From: Malacoraja senta
Lineage: Eukaryota
Length of the DNA: 64,000 nucleotides
Reading direction: 5' to 3'
Assembly: GCA_038087875.1 (NCBI GenBank)
Contig: CM075991.1
Span: forward strand, 10,542,001 to 10,606,000
A program made the translations under genes and the position numbers. The notes below the pieces were generated by a model, which saw only the letters and a program-made list of their open reading frames with translations, was not told where the DNA came from and made no database searches. Shown one piece after another: positions 11,666-24,015 of this stretch. How positions within the stretch are numbered: the first letter of the stretch is position 1; each line of letters begins with the position of its first letter.

Positions 11666-11995
11666 TGGCCCTGTCCCACGGTACGAGTTCATTCCAAGAG
11701 GTCTCCTGAGTTAAAAAAAAATTAAACTCGTGGTAAGCACGGAGAATGAACGTAGCGGGTACGTCAGAGCTCGGGGACGTCTCTTAGCGGCTCGTACCGC
11801 TAGTGGCAGGTACTCGGGAAGACTCGCTAACGGCAGGTAAGCTCGGGAAGACTCGTGAAGATTCTTCAACATGTTGAAAAATGTCCACGAGAGCCCCGAG
11901 TACCGACGAGCGGCCATTACCGTAAATCTCCGAGCTCGAATCAGGGCAAACTCGGGAGAGCTCTTGGAATGAACTCGTACCGTGGGACAGGGCCA
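11666..11995. mobile_element. Harbinger-like MITE inserted in a minus-strand V-SINE
   Basis: Long TIRs TGGCCCTGTCCCACGGTACGAGTTCATTCCAAGAG; TTA duplication on both sides. Confidence 0.8.
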
Positions 11996-12465
11996 TTAGG
12001 ATCGAACCCAGGTCTCTGGCGCCGTAAGGGAGCAACTCTTTGAAATCTTTCTATAATCTTAAATCGTGTTGATAAGGTACAATGTGCTGGGGGGGGGGGG
12101 GGGTGGGGAACTAATGGAATCCATTTGGTAAATCTCCCAAAGGTTCGCAGAATGAGACAACTGAAGGGCCACAGGTAAATGGATCCTGTTTATAGCTGTA
12201 AGGAAGAATAGATAAGGTGCTGCAGTTCACAGTCGGGTGTTGAATCAAGAGATGCCCCTTAACAGCTGGGAGAAGCTCTTCCCTTGCTGACAACTGATTA
12301 CATGCAAGTTACTGGGATGGTTCACATGCTGGAAACTATCTCCATGAAAGAATAATGTCAGAAATGAGAAGAAATAGTCAGCATAAGAAATGTTGGAATT
12401 TGGAATTACGTGTGTGAAAAGCAGTAAATAGATATATTAAGAAAACAAAGATAGACACAAATATT

Positions 12466-13157
12466 AGATACATAGATACATAGAAAATAGGTGCAGGAGT
12501 AGGCCATTCGGCCCTTCGAGCCTGCACCGCCATTCAATATGATCATGGCTGATCATCCAACTCGGTATCCCGTACCTGCCTTCTCTCCATACCCCCTGAT
12601 CCCTTTAGCCACAAGGGCCACATCTAACTCCCTCTTAAATATAGCCAATGAACTGGCCTCCAACTACCCTGCAGAGAGTTCCAGAGATTCACCACTCTCT
12701 GTGTGAAAAAGTTTTTTCTCATCTCGGTCTTAAAGGATTTCCCCCTTATCCTTAAGCTGTGACCCCTTGTCCTGGACTTCCCCAACATCGGGAACAATCT
12801 TCTTGCATCTAGCCTGTTCAACCCCATAAGAATTGTGTACGTTTCTATAAGATCCCCTCTCAATCTCCTAAATTCTAGCGAGTACAAGCCAAGTCTATCC
12901 AGTCTTTCTTCATATGAAAGTCCTGACATCCCAGAAATCAGTCTGGTGAACCTTCTCTGCACTCCCTCTGTGGCTATAATGTCCTTCCTCAGATTTGGAG
13001 ACCAAAACTGTACGCAATACTCCAGGTGTGGTCTCACCAAGACCCTGTACAACTGCAGTAGAACCTCCCTGCTCCTGTACTCAAATCCTTTTGCTATGAA
13101 AGCTAACATACCATTCGCTTTCTTCACTGCCTGCTGCACCTGCATGCCTACTTTCAG
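12466..13157 (-). mobile_element. CR1/HER1-type LINE 3' fragment
   Basis: ORF 12624-13145 (KKANGMLAFIAKGFEY...VRPHLEYCVQFWSP) plus 3' UTR; near-identical to 25059-25843. Confidence 0.9.
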
Positions 13158-13829
13158 CAGCCTACAGCACTATATTAAACTGGAGTAAACACTGCGGATC
13201 AGACACCATCTCTGGAGAAAAGGAATACGTGACATTTCGGGTCGAGACCTTTCTTCTTGTGCCTATCGGTTTAAACCAGCATCTGCAGTTCCTTCCTACA
13301 CATTAAGAAAATAATGGGTGAGATTACATGGAGAAGGCAGGAGAATGGAGTTGAGAAGGAACGATAGACCAGCCACGATTGAATGTGTAAGAAGGAACTG
13401 CAGATGCTGGTTTAAACTGAAGATAGGCACAAAAAGCTGGAGTAACTCAGCGGGACAGGCAGCATCTCTGGGGAGAAGGAATGGGTGACGTTTCGGGTCC
13501 TTCTCTCCAGAGATGCTGCCTGTCCCGCTGAGTTACTCCAGCTTTTTGTGTCTATCTTCAACCACGATTGAATAGCAGAGTAGACTCGATGGGCCAAATG
13601 GCCTAATTCTGCACCTTCGGCTTATGAACTTATAAATCAAAGTAAAGTACAGCACAGGAACGAGCCCTTTGGCCCACAATGTCTGCGCTGAACATAATGC
13701 TAAGTCTACCTGCACATGATAGATATCCCTTCATTGCCTGCGTATCCAAGTGCCTATCTAAAAGCCTCTTATACATCACTATCGTACCTGCCACTGACAG
13801 TGTGTTCCAGGCACTCACCACTCTTTAGG

Positions 13830-14128
13830 CGTTAGAGATACCGCGCGGAAACAGACCCTTTGGCCCATCGAGTCCATGCCAACCAGCGATCAGCACCTAA
13901 CCCAGCACTATCTTACACGCCAAGAACAAGGTATGATTTTACTGATGACAATGAACCTACAAACCTGTACGCCTTTGGAGTGTAGGAGGAGACCAGAGCA
14001 CCCGGAGAAAACATATGCGGTCACCGGGAGAACATACCAACTCCATACAGACAGCACCTGCAGTCAGGATTGAACCCGGGTCTCTGGCACTGTAAGGCAG
14101 CAACGTTACCGCTGCGCCACTGTGCTGC
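13830..14128 (-). mobile_element. V-SINE (HE1-like)
   Basis: Reverse complement of tRNA head, V-domain and tail. Confidence 0.8.
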
Positions 14129-15502
14129 CCTTGGACAAAAAAATTTAGATGGGTATATAGTGAAATGATCTGCGGCAAAGAGTGAGCCATCAACACAAGA
14201 TTAGTATCCAAGCGTTATTGGGCACAGTTGTATCAAAATATCAAGTGGATATTAAAGCAGTGTTATTTCTTTGAATTAAGTAGACTTAAGAATATTTACA
14301 AAAAAAGTAACTAAGAGCAGGAATTTGGATTAGAGTTGATTGATTGGGAAGCCAGAAATAACATGGCCAAATCGATTCACAAGCTGGCTTTTCCCAATGT
14401 AAATACACTTGCGGTGTCTGCCACCCATGATGTCCTTGCAATGAATTTCCTTTCACTACTTCCAATTTTCTGCCTCAATTAACAGAGTTTAGTTTGAGTT
14501 TATTTATTGTCACGTGTACCGAGGTACGGTGAAAAGCTTTTTTGTTGCATGCTAACTAGTCAGCGGAAAGACAATACATGATTACAATCGAGCCGTCCAC
14601 AGTGTACAGGTTACAGGATAAAGGGAATAACATGAATAACATTTAGTGTAAGATAAAGCCAGTAATGTCCAATCAAAGAAGGGTTTCGGCCCGAAACGTT
14701 GCCTATTTCCTTCGTTCCATAGATGCTGCTGCACCCGCTGAGTTTCTCCAGCATTTTTGTGTACCTTCAATGTCCAATCAAAGATAGTCCCAGGGTCTCC
14801 GAACATTTTGCACACTCCCGTTCCCTAACCCCCGAATATTTTTCATGTCATCGGACGTTATCATTTTCTACAATTGAAAACTCATTAATCTGATAGATAC
14901 AAAATGCTGGAGTAACCCATACAATACAATACAATACCGTTTATTGTCATTTCAACCTCAAATGAAGTTCAAACGAAATTTGGTTTCTGCAGTCATACAA
15001 ACAAGTAAAAAGAACCAAGACACAACACAATTTACACAAACATCCATCACAGTGAATCTCCTCCTCACTGTGATGGAAGGCAAAGTCTTGTCTCTCCCCT
15101 GCACTCCCCATTCTCCTCTCGATGTCAAAGTCAAAGCCCCCGCTGGGCGATTCAGGTCAGACACAAAATGCTGGAATAACTGCTCAACCTGGAGTGAACT
15201 GCTTTTGTGTATCTGAGTCTCATAGTGCACTTTGGAGAAGGGTGGTGCACCTGGTAGAGCTGCTGCCTCACAGCGCCAGAGACCCAGGTTCAATCCTGAT
15301 CTCGGGTGCTGTTTACACCACCCCTACATCCCCGCACATTAACACTATGCTAGGGACAATTGTCATTTTTACCAAGCCAATTAACCTACAACCCCATACG
15401 TCTTTGGAGCGTGGGAGGAAACCGAAGTTCCAGGAGAAAACCCACGCAGGTCACGGGGAGAACGCACCAACTCGGTACAGACAGCACCCCTAGTCAGGAT
15501 CG

Positions 15503-16727
15503 AAGGTAGACAAAAGTGCTGGAGAAACTCAGCGGGTGCAGCAGCATCTATGGAGCGAAGGAAATAGGCAACGTTTCGGGCCGAAACCCTTCTTCAGACT
15601 GATGTAGGGTGGGGAGAAGAAAGGATAAAGGAAGAGGAGGAGCCCGAGGGCTGAGGGAGAGCTGAGAGGGGGAGGAGACAGCAAGGGGTACCGGAAATTG
15701 GAGAATTCAATGTTTATGCCGCTAGGGTGCAGACTGCCCAAGCGGAATATGAGGTGCTGCTCCTCCAATTTCCGGTGGTGCTCACTCTGGCCATGGAAGA
15801 GGCCCAGGACAGAGGGGTCGGATTCGGAATGGGAGGGGGAGTTGAAGTGCTGAGCCACCGGGAGATCAGGTTGGTTCAGGGGTGGAAAACCCGGGGGGGA
15901 GGGGGGGGGCAGAGGGGACACGTCCCCTCCATGTTTTGAGAGGTGGGGGACATTCCCCCCAAGTTTTTGTAATCCGTATTTTATAATCCGGTGATCGAGG
16001 GCGCCGATTAGAGGAGAGAGACGTCGGTCAGCAGGCAACGGGGGCGGGACATGATTCAGCGTGATGATTGGAGGAGGGAGGAGTGGGGGGGGGTGGGACT
16101 GAGGATAGAGCGCGATGATTGGAGGAGGGAGACGTGGCACAGACCTGCGCTTCATCCGCAGGCAGGATCGATCCCGGCCGGGTCTCCAGCGCTGTCCTGT
16201 CCCCACCGAAGTACCACCTCCCCCCCTGCGGGTGGCCAGAGAGGTCGGCAGCAAAGATCCTCAGCTATAGGATCTTTGGTCGGCAGTCAGACGGGCCAGC
16301 ACAGAGAAACAGTGCTAAACACAGCTAACTCTGCCTGTCCCGCCAGGTGAGCTTACAACCCTTCCTGGACTTACGGGAAATATGGCCAGCGCGGAGAAGC
16401 AGCGCTGGTATCCCGTCAGTCCAGACAGGGCTGTAGTTAACCCCGTGAGACAGGCAGTTGAGCTGCATTTAGTGCTGGATTGAGCCTCCGAAGCCTCGCG
16501 CGCGTGTGTATGTGAGTGTGCGCATGCGCGCGTGGCCGCCAAAAAATTGTGTTCCCCGTCCCCTCCATGTTTTGATAGCGAGTTCCGCTCTTGGGTTGTT
16601 TACTGCGGACCGAGCGGAGGTGTTCGGCGAAACGATCGCCAAGCCAACGCTTGGTCTCACCGTTGTAGATCAGCTGACACCTAGAGCAGCGGATGCATTA
16701 GATGAGGTTGGAGGAGGTGCAGGTGAA
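15503..16727 (-). mobile_element. Penelope-like retroelement 3' fragment (GIY-YIG endonuclease remnant plus terminal repeat), split by a hAT-like insert
   Basis: 16594-16727 encodes TCTSSNLI*CIRCSRCQLIYNGETKRWLGDRFAEHLRSV; 15503-15876 continues PVAQHFNSPSH...RKLEEQHLIFRLGSLHPSG. Confidence 0.85.
15877..16593. mobile_element. Non-autonomous hAT-like DNA transposon
   Basis: Imperfect TIRs CAGGGGTGGAA / CAAGAGCGGAA (rc); 8-bp TSD GGTTGGTT/GGTTGTTT; empty site visible in the Penelope copy near 62990. Confidence 0.75.
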
Positions 16728-19700
16728 CCCGGGTCATTGGCGCTGTGAGGCAGCAACTCTACCGCTGCGCCACCATGCCGCCCATTTGTTTGGAAGGGTG
16801 CCCATTCCAGATGAGCCCCAGGCTGCTGCAGGGCCTCCAGCACAGGTGATGCTTCGAGTCAGGACCCTTCTTCAAATGCTTATGGTGTTACTGCCTTGTC
16901 ACATTGCATACTCGACTGGGATTCTCATTGAACTGGATCCCTTTGTCCTGTTTTCACACCTTACTCTTCCTTATCTATGCATCTCTCTCTCCCCTGCCTG
17001 TCCCGCCGAGTTACTCCAGCACTTTGTGTCTATCCTTGGTATAAACCAGCATCTGCAGTTCCTTCTTTCTCAATCTGTGAATTGTTGGGATGGAGTCTAG
17101 TCAAGAGTGTGGGAAGGAACTGCAGATGCTGGTTTAAACCGGAGATAGGCGCAAAAAGCTGGAGTAATTCAGCGGGAAAAGCTGGAGTAACTCAGTGGGA
17201 CAGGCAGCATCTGTGGAGAGAAAGAATGGGAGGTACACAAAAATGCTGGAGAATCTCAGCAGGTGCAGCAGCATCTATGGAGCGAAGGAAATAGGTAACG
17301 TTTTGGGCCGAAACCCTTTGGGTTGAGTCTGAAGAAGGGTCTCGACCAGAAATGTCACCCATTCCTTCTCTCCAGAGATGCTGCCTGTCCCGCTGAGTTA
17401 CTCCAGCATTTTGTGTCTATCTTTGGTTTAAACCAGCATCTGCAGTTCCTTCCTACACCGTCCCAATAACACCACCCCTGTCAACATAGTTATAACTTCA
17501 CTCTCAGGGTCGGTCTCCAAGAAAGTGTTTGGTGATGCAACAGCAATCTGCTTGTGAAACATTTAGTCTATTCACTTTTACAGCCAGGGTTAGGGTTGGG
17601 TAATTCCAACTGTCTATTCACTCTTGGCAGATGACTCATGCCAATCAGGTTAAACTGGATTTAATAACTTAAATGGAATCCATATTAAGCGTTGCAATTT
17701 TTTTTAATCTTCTCTGAAAAATCTATATTTTGTTCTTGATGTCATAAGCTATCTTTGTCCTTGACATCGTAGCTATCTTTAATGAAAGACACTGCAGATG
17801 CTGGTTTACACCGAAGATATTGTCTCAGTTAATTGTACTTGAATCACATGGCTTAAATTAACTAGTTCCAGCTGGTTACCTAATTACCCGAGGGACGAAG
17901 GCTTACATTAAATCACGATGAGGTTAAGAAAATGTAATTAAACAAGTATATTTTTTAATGAAATCTCCTCACTCACCAACTTTATGCTAATTTGGTGGGG
18001 GCAGGTGAGGGGATACCTGGAAAACTAAGGGGAATGAACAAGACAACATGGATAATGAATGAGTAAGAAGGAACTGCAGATGTTTCTGTTCCATTTTGTT
18101 TTGTTTTTTTCCACAATTCGCAAGCATCGCCACTTAACGTTACCTATTTCCTTCGCTCCATAGATGCTGCTGCACCCGCTGAGTTTCTCCAGCATTTTTG
18201 TGTACCTGCCACTTTTCATTGCACTGCACATCTCGTATGTGTATGCGACGAATAAACTTGACTTGACTTGGTTTATACCAAAGACAGACACAAAATGCTG
18301 GAGTAACTCAGCGGGACAGACAGCATCTCTGGAAAAAAGGAATAAGTGACTCTTCGGGTCTGAAACAGGGTTCCGACCAAAAAAAAAGTCACCCCCGTTC
18401 CTTCTCTCCAGAGATGCTGCCTGCCCCTCTGAGTTGCTCCAGCATTTCATGTCTATCTTTAATGAAAGGGACTTTGGTTCCTATGTTTGTAAGATACATC
18501 TCACAAGTTCACTCTCAGTCACAGAGCAGTGAAAGAGGCCCCTCAGGCCAACTTGTCCACGCTGATCAAAATGCAGAACCTTCTTTAAGAAAGAACTGCA
18601 GATGCTGGAAAAATCGAAGGTAGACACAAAACGTTGGAGAAACTCAGCGGGCGAGGCAGCATCTATGGAGAGAAGGAATAGGCGATGTTTCGGGTCGAGA
18701 CCCTTCCGCTGAGAAGGGCTGGTTGGTAGCTTGATTCATCTGCCCTCAATGTGCAGGTGAGTGGTGGAATCTTGAGTGTGAAATGCCACCCCTTCCTGAC
18801 ACAAAGATTTTAACTCCTGACCAAATCAGGAAGTGCTTGGAGAATTGTAATCAGTAGCACATCCAGTCGAGAACACTGTTCAGGTTTAGAGATGATCAGA
18901 TCATTGTAGCGTAAGGAGTCTCTTATTGTTACAAAGAAAGACAAAAAGTGCTGGAGTAACTCAGCGGGTCAGGCAGCATCTCTCGAAGACATGGATAGGC
19001 AACATTTTGGATCGCTGTCTTCATGTAGTTTGCACATTCTACCTGCGGTCGCGAAGGCTTTTTCCGGATGCTCCGGTTTCATCGCACACCCCAAAGCAAT
19101 TTCGGGTGGGGGCCCCCCTTCAGATTCAATTGGTAACATTTTGGATCGGGAACCTTCCTCAAATTTAATGGGCGACATTTTGGGTTGTGACTCTTCTTCA
19201 GACTACTTCAGGATGGTGTTTCCAATATGGACCCTTCTCTTTCATTGTTAACGTTTGCTTGAAAGAATATTTTTGTCACAGACACACGAAATCGCAAAAG
19301 CGAAATGTCTGTCATTGCAACAATCCGTGGAGCGTTAGAAACCAGGAAGTTGTGTGAGAATATAAAAGATTTGATGCAAAATGTGATGAACTCTTCAGAT
19401 GAAAACAAATGCAAAGCATTGAAGAAATGGTGACTTTAGGAACAACAAGAGCAGGTCAAGGCCATTCAGTCCCTCCAGACCTATCCCAACACTTCATCTA
19501 ATGACATGTGACCTGCAACAATTTCCTGCTTTTAATTCACATCCAGTGCTTCTAAAATATATTTTCTCAGTCATGAGACCTCCAGCTGGCTGTGTGTCAT
19601 TTGTGTGAGACGAGCTTCCTAATTTAGTTTATAGAGACACGGCGCGGACACAGGCCCGTCGGCCCACCGAGTCCGCGCCGACCAGCGATCCCTGCACACT

Positions 19701-19812
19701 AGCACTATCCCACACAATAGGGACAATTTATAATTACACCAAGCCAATCAACCTACAAATGTGCACGTCTTTGAAGTGTGGGAGGAAACCGGAGATACTG
19801 TGTGTCTCAAGT

Positions 19813-19840
19813 CTGAAGAAGGGTCTCGACCCGAAACGTC
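19813..19840 (+). ncRNA. Minimal hammerhead-like motif of the Penelope terminal repeat (representative copy)
   Basis: CUGAAGA-A-GGGU(CUCG)ACCC-GAAA-CGUC; related copies at 22955, 44340, 45324, 63257 and many on the minus strand; stem I is weak. Confidence 0.55.
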
Positions 19841-20407
19841 GCCCATTCCTTCTCTCCAGAGATGCTGCCTGTCCCGCTGAGTTACTCCACCTTTTTGTGT
19901 CTATCTAGCGCAACCTCACCTGCTGCAGACCCGCGACATGACTGGACTCCCTCGTTTGTGGAGCTACTCTAGTGGAGTAAGAGTTTGTCCATGTGGACTT
20001 AACCTGTTCCTGATCCAGTCACTGCCTGATCAGGTCTGTCAAATATTTGGGAGGTTAAATGGTCACTCACTGTAAATTATCTCCAGTGTAGGTAGACAGA
20101 AAGAGTTTAATTTAGTTTATTATTGTCATGTGTACCCAGGTACAGTGAAAAGCTTTTTGGTTGCGTGCTATCCGGTCAGCGAAGACTAACCGTGGTTACA
20201 ATCAAGCTATCCACAGTGTACAGATACAGGATAAAGGGAATTACATTTAGTGTACGGTAAAGTCTGATTAAAGATAGTCTGAGGGACTCCAATGAGGTAG
20301 CTTGTAGGTCTGGACTCAAGTTGGTGATAGGATATTCAGTTGCCTGATAACAGCTGGGAAGAAACTGTCTCTGAATCTGGTGGGACGAATTTTCAAACTT
20401 CACTACC

Positions 20408-20599
20408 TCTTCTTCTTTTCGTGTCCATCTTCCACGTTCCAAATGTTGGCATCGCTGTCATCGTCCGTCCTGAAAAGGACGCAAGCTTCCGGCGACAAAC
20501 AGTCAGTGGGAGCCATCACTTGTTGTAATAGACGATGGTGGTAGCAGAATTAGCTCTGGATACTTCCAGTTTCCCAGCCCCGCGAGGTGGACGCTCTGC
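20408..20599 (-). mobile_element. Second, 5'-truncated copy of the ribozyme-headed family A retroposon
   Basis: Highly similar to 347-529; retains P3, the P1 3' strand, P4, GCUAA and the P2 3' strand but has lost the P1 5' strand at a CR1 junction. Confidence 0.8.
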
Positions 20600-20810
20600 C
20601 GTTCCTGCCTTCTCCCCATATCCCCTGACTCCACTATTTTTAAGAGCCCTATCTAGCTCGCTCTTGAAAGTATCCAGAGAACCTGCCTCCACCGCCCTCT
20701 GAGGCAGAGAATGCCACAGACTCACCACTCTCTGTGAGAAAAAGTGTTTCCTCATCTCCGTTCTAAATGGCTTACTCCTTATTCTTAAACTGGCCCCTGG
20801 TTCTGGACTT
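20600..20810 (-). mobile_element. CR1/HER1-type LINE fragment
   Basis: RIRSKPFRTEMRKHFFSQRVVSLWHSLP on minus strand. Confidence 0.8.
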
Positions 20811-21076
20811 TCTGCGGCACACCTGTAGAAGTTCCATATAGAAATGAAGGATGCTGATGGGAAAGTGAGAGAGGATAGAAGGGAATGCTCTGAGAACTGG
20901 CATGGACTTGATGGGCTGAATGGCCGTCTTCCATATCCTGAGGAAAGTATGAGATGTAAAACAGCCAAAGCTGACCTCGGAACTTGATACATTTTAGTTT
21001 TTCACTCTCTTCCATTGGGAGATAACTTTTGTTTCATGGTTTGGATATCCTTGCAAATGGAACTCTAACATTTAAC

Positions 21077-21345
21077 GTGTGTAAGAAAAAACTGCAGATG
21101 CTGGTTTAAATTGAAGGTAGACACAAAATGCTGGAGTAACTCAGCGGGTGAGGCAGCATCTCTGGGGAGAAGGAATGGGCGACGTTTCGGGTCGTGACCT
21201 TTCTTCGGACTGATCAATGGGTGACGTTTCGGGTCGAGACCCTTCTTCAGACTGAAGAAGGGTCTCGACCCAAAACGTCACCCATTCCTTCTCTCCATAG
21301 ATGCTGCCTCACCCGCTGAGTTACATCGGCGTTTTGTGTCTACTA
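21077..21345. repeat. Palindromic (fold-back) Penelope terminal repeat, representative of more than ten in the window
   Basis: GACACAAAATGCTGGAGTAACTCAGCGGG... arm followed by its reverse complement around CTTCTTCAGACTGAAGAAG. Confidence 0.8.
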
Positions 21346-24015
21346 AAATTTAACATACAGCTTGGGTAAAGAGGGTTAAGAACTACATTCTGTACTCTAT
21401 CTTCCCTTCGCTCCATAGATGCTGCCGCACCCGCTGAGTTACTCCAGCATTTTTGTGTTCCCCTTTGCTCTCTCCATTGTACTTGAGTTTGAACCGATTG
21501 GATCTATCTATGGTGTATCTCATCTGTTTGGGTAACTTGCAAAAGAAAGCTGATGTATGATGCACCTCCTCTCATGTCACCTGAGCTCAGGTGATCAGCT
21601 GCACCACTGTATCACCACTTAAAATTGCATCGTCAGTAAGCTTGCTCCGTGATGTAGAGTGTGAGCAGCCGGGTATCAGAGTTGCTGCATCAGATGTATT
21701 CGAAGAAGGGTGAAGGGAGACCTGGTACGGGTTGCTGCCGAGAACCAAGGGGAACCCGGTACTTTGTGCCCCGTGGTCGGGGATAGAAAGCTGGGAGAGA
21801 GGTGAGGGCGGGACAAAACCAGGCGAGTGAGAGGTGGTTGACATTATACTTGCTTGTTTTTGCTTTCATCTTTCTAAACTCTGGAGAGTATTGGGCATGA
21901 TGCTCAGACTCTCCTTGTTATTGCTTCAGTTCCAGCGGTGAGTGCCGTGAGAGTGTTTGTTTCTTGAGGACAGAGACTTTAATTCCACCCAGTGCCCCAG
22001 CTGTGGATGTGTACAAAGCAGCACACTCTGGCTCCAGCTGTTTTCCCATAAAGTCCAACACACGACTCACCTTCTTTAAGAAGGAACTGCAGATGCTGGA
22101 AAATCGAAGGTAGACAAAAATGCTGGAGAAACACAGCAGGCGAGGCAGCATCTATGGAGCGAAGGAAATAGGCAACGTTTCAGGCCAAAACCCTTCTTCA
22201 GACGAAGGGTTCTGAAGAAGGGTTTCAGCCCGAAACATTGCCTATTTCCTTCGCTCCATAGATACTGCCTCATCCGCTGAGTTTCTCCAGCATTTTTGTC
22301 TACACACAATTCACCTTTCTGCCTTTCCTGCTGTATCTGTGGGTTAAATTCTTTGTGTGTTTGCCTGCAAGGATAGCGGGGAAAAAAAAGATTCTTCAAT
22401 GATTCAAGTATACTTTTTAGGTAGACAAAAATGCTGGAGAAACTCAGCGGGTGAGGGAGCATTTCGAACCGAAACGTCACCTATTCCATAGATGCTGTCT
22501 CACCCGCTGAGTTTCTCCAGCATTTTTGTCTACCTTCGATTTTTCCAGCATCTGCAGTTCTTTCTTGAACAAGTATATGTTATTGTCACATGTACCGAGG
22601 TACAGTGAAATGCTTTGTTTTGCGTGCAATCTGGTAAAATCATACAGCAGACCTCACCTGAGCAGTACACAAGTGTCGCTATGTTTTGGTGTCGGCAAAG
22701 TTTAAAACATTCACCAAACAGTATTATCTACTGTGTAAGAAAGAACTGCAGATGCTGGTTTAAATCGAAGGTAGACACAAAATGCTGGAGTAAAGAGCCT
22801 GTCCCACTTGGCCGTCATTTACGCGACAGGCCGGTAGTGACTGACGCACGAAGGTCGCGCGCGTCATCATGCGCCCGCACAGCCGTCTGGAGCGTGTGAT
22901 GTAATTTGATGATAGATACAAAATGCAGGAGTAACTCAGCGGGACCGGCAGCATCTGAAGAAGGGCCTCGACCCGAAACGTCATCCATTCCTTCTCTCCA
23001 GAGATGCTGCCTGTCCCGCTGAGTTACTCCAGCATTTTGTGTCTACCATTGTAGTCCTATCGACTGCCTGCTGCCTCAAATGGCAGTGGCCCCCCCCTCC
23101 ATCTATCGGGACCCCGTTCGTCCCTCGTTGAATCCTTTTTACGCAGCAACTCTGATACCTGACTACTCACACTCTACATCAAGGAACAAGCTTACTGACG
23201 ATGCAAATTTAAGTGGTGATGCAGCTGGTCCCTTAGCTCAGGGGACAGGAGAAGAGATGCAATACATCGCGGTTCGAGGGCATGGTTCCAAAATGGTTTC
23301 CCTGGCAGGTGTTGAGGGGTTATCTTCTGACATCAGTCCCCAGAAGCATCAACCCCGGACCTTCCGGCCAAATCTAGACAGCACAGTGGCGCAACGGTAG
23401 AGATGCCACCTCGCAGTGCCAGGAACCCGGGTTGGAACCTGACTACGGGTGCTGTCTCTGTGGAGTTTGCACGTTCGCCCTGTGAACCCAAGGGTTTCTG
23501 CCCTTCCCTTCCACACTCCAAAGACCTGCAGGTTTGTGGATGAAGTGACCACTGCTCCCAACATGTTGGGCGTTGATGAGATAGTGGAGTAACACAAAAC
23601 CAGTGAGAACAGGTGATTATGGAGGAAGGAACTGCAGGTGCTGGTTTACACCGAAGATAGACACAAAAAGCCGGAGTAACTCAGCGGGACGGGCAGCATC
23701 TCTGGAGAGAAGGAATGGGTGATGTTTCAGGTCGAGACCCTTCTTTAGACCACCTTCTTCTTTGTGAGCAGGTGATGGTTGGCTAGCATGGACTTGATGG
23801 GCCGAAGGGCCTATTTTCCTGCTGCTTCGCAAAGTGAAACTAGGTGGGATTGTGATGAGGGAGGAGGATGTGAAGAGGCTTCAGGGATACAGGCAAACTG
23901 TTTGACTAATAACAGGGCAGATGGAATATTACATGGAAAGAAGTGTAAGCCTTTGAATGTTGAGAGACTGGGTAATGTTGTCCACAGGAATGCAGGTAGA
24001 CTTTTCTCCGTGGAT

